A DNA stretch of 63,958 bases, the filler included, from Vicugna vicugna (Eukaryota): NCBI GenBank assembly GCA_013265495.1. It is 82 parts of 79 records of this genome, joined end to end, with 100 filler letters (N's around TTAATTAATTAA, not from the genome) between each part and the next. Parts side by side here need not be neighbours in the genome. Positions count along the whole stretch, not along the records: positions 63,709 to 63,958 come from MU062050.1; 81 more parts are not named here. One strand, given 5' to 3'. Under the pieces are notes generated by a model. It had not been told where the DNA came from and did no database searches. It was given only the letters and a program-made list of their open reading frames with translations. A program made the translations under genes and the position numbers. Shown one piece after another: positions 63,710-63,958 of this stretch. Each line of letters starts with the position of its first letter. Positions within the stretch are counted from its first letter, which is position 1.

Positions 63710-63958
63710 CACATGATCATCTCAATCGATGCAGAAAAAGCATTTGATAAAATTCAACACCCATTTATGATAAAATCTCTCGCCAAAGTGAGTATAGAGG
63801 GAACATATCTCAACATAATAAAAGCTATATATGACAAACCTACAGCCAGCATAGTTCTCAACGGTGAAAAACTCAAGAGCTTCCCACTAAAATATGGGAC
63901 AAGACAAGGATGGCCACTATCACCCCTCCTATTCAACATACTCCTGGAAGTCCTAGCC
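63710..63958 (+). mobile_element. LINE-1 ORF2 reverse-transcriptase fragment, open reading frame
   Basis: 83 stop-free codons: [83 protein letters not shown]. Confidence 0.95.

Overview
This is not a contiguous locus. It is about 80 short (0.25-1.6 kb), internally gapped, unplaced mammalian contigs joined by an artificial 100-bp spacer (N44-TTAATTAATTAA-N44), so neighbouring contigs are not genomic neighbours. A Vic-1-type tRNA-derived SINE and an IGHV3 leader exon (MELGLSLVVLAALLQG) indicate a camelid (alpaca/llama/camel) source. About half of the contigs are tandem satellites of five types (labels and strand conventions are mine): SatA, GC/CpG-rich 267-bp monomer; SatA', diverged ~262-267-bp SatA relatives arranged as ordered monomer types; SatB, a ~740-bp trimer of ~247-bp subunits; SatC, ~248-bp monomer, colinear with the SatB subunit; SatD, an AT-rich TATTCTA heptamer satellite with 126/189-bp higher-order units. 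The rest is LINE-1 fragments, MIR/L2/MaLR/ERV LTR remnants and anonymous sequence. The only clear gene fragment is the 5' part of an immunoglobulin heavy-chain V gene (VH or VHH, 41222-41561, minus strand). There is also a CpG-island fragment with a probable first exon. Nearly all ORFs in the track are artefacts of N-runs or satellite periodicity. No CRISPR or prokaryotic system is supported.
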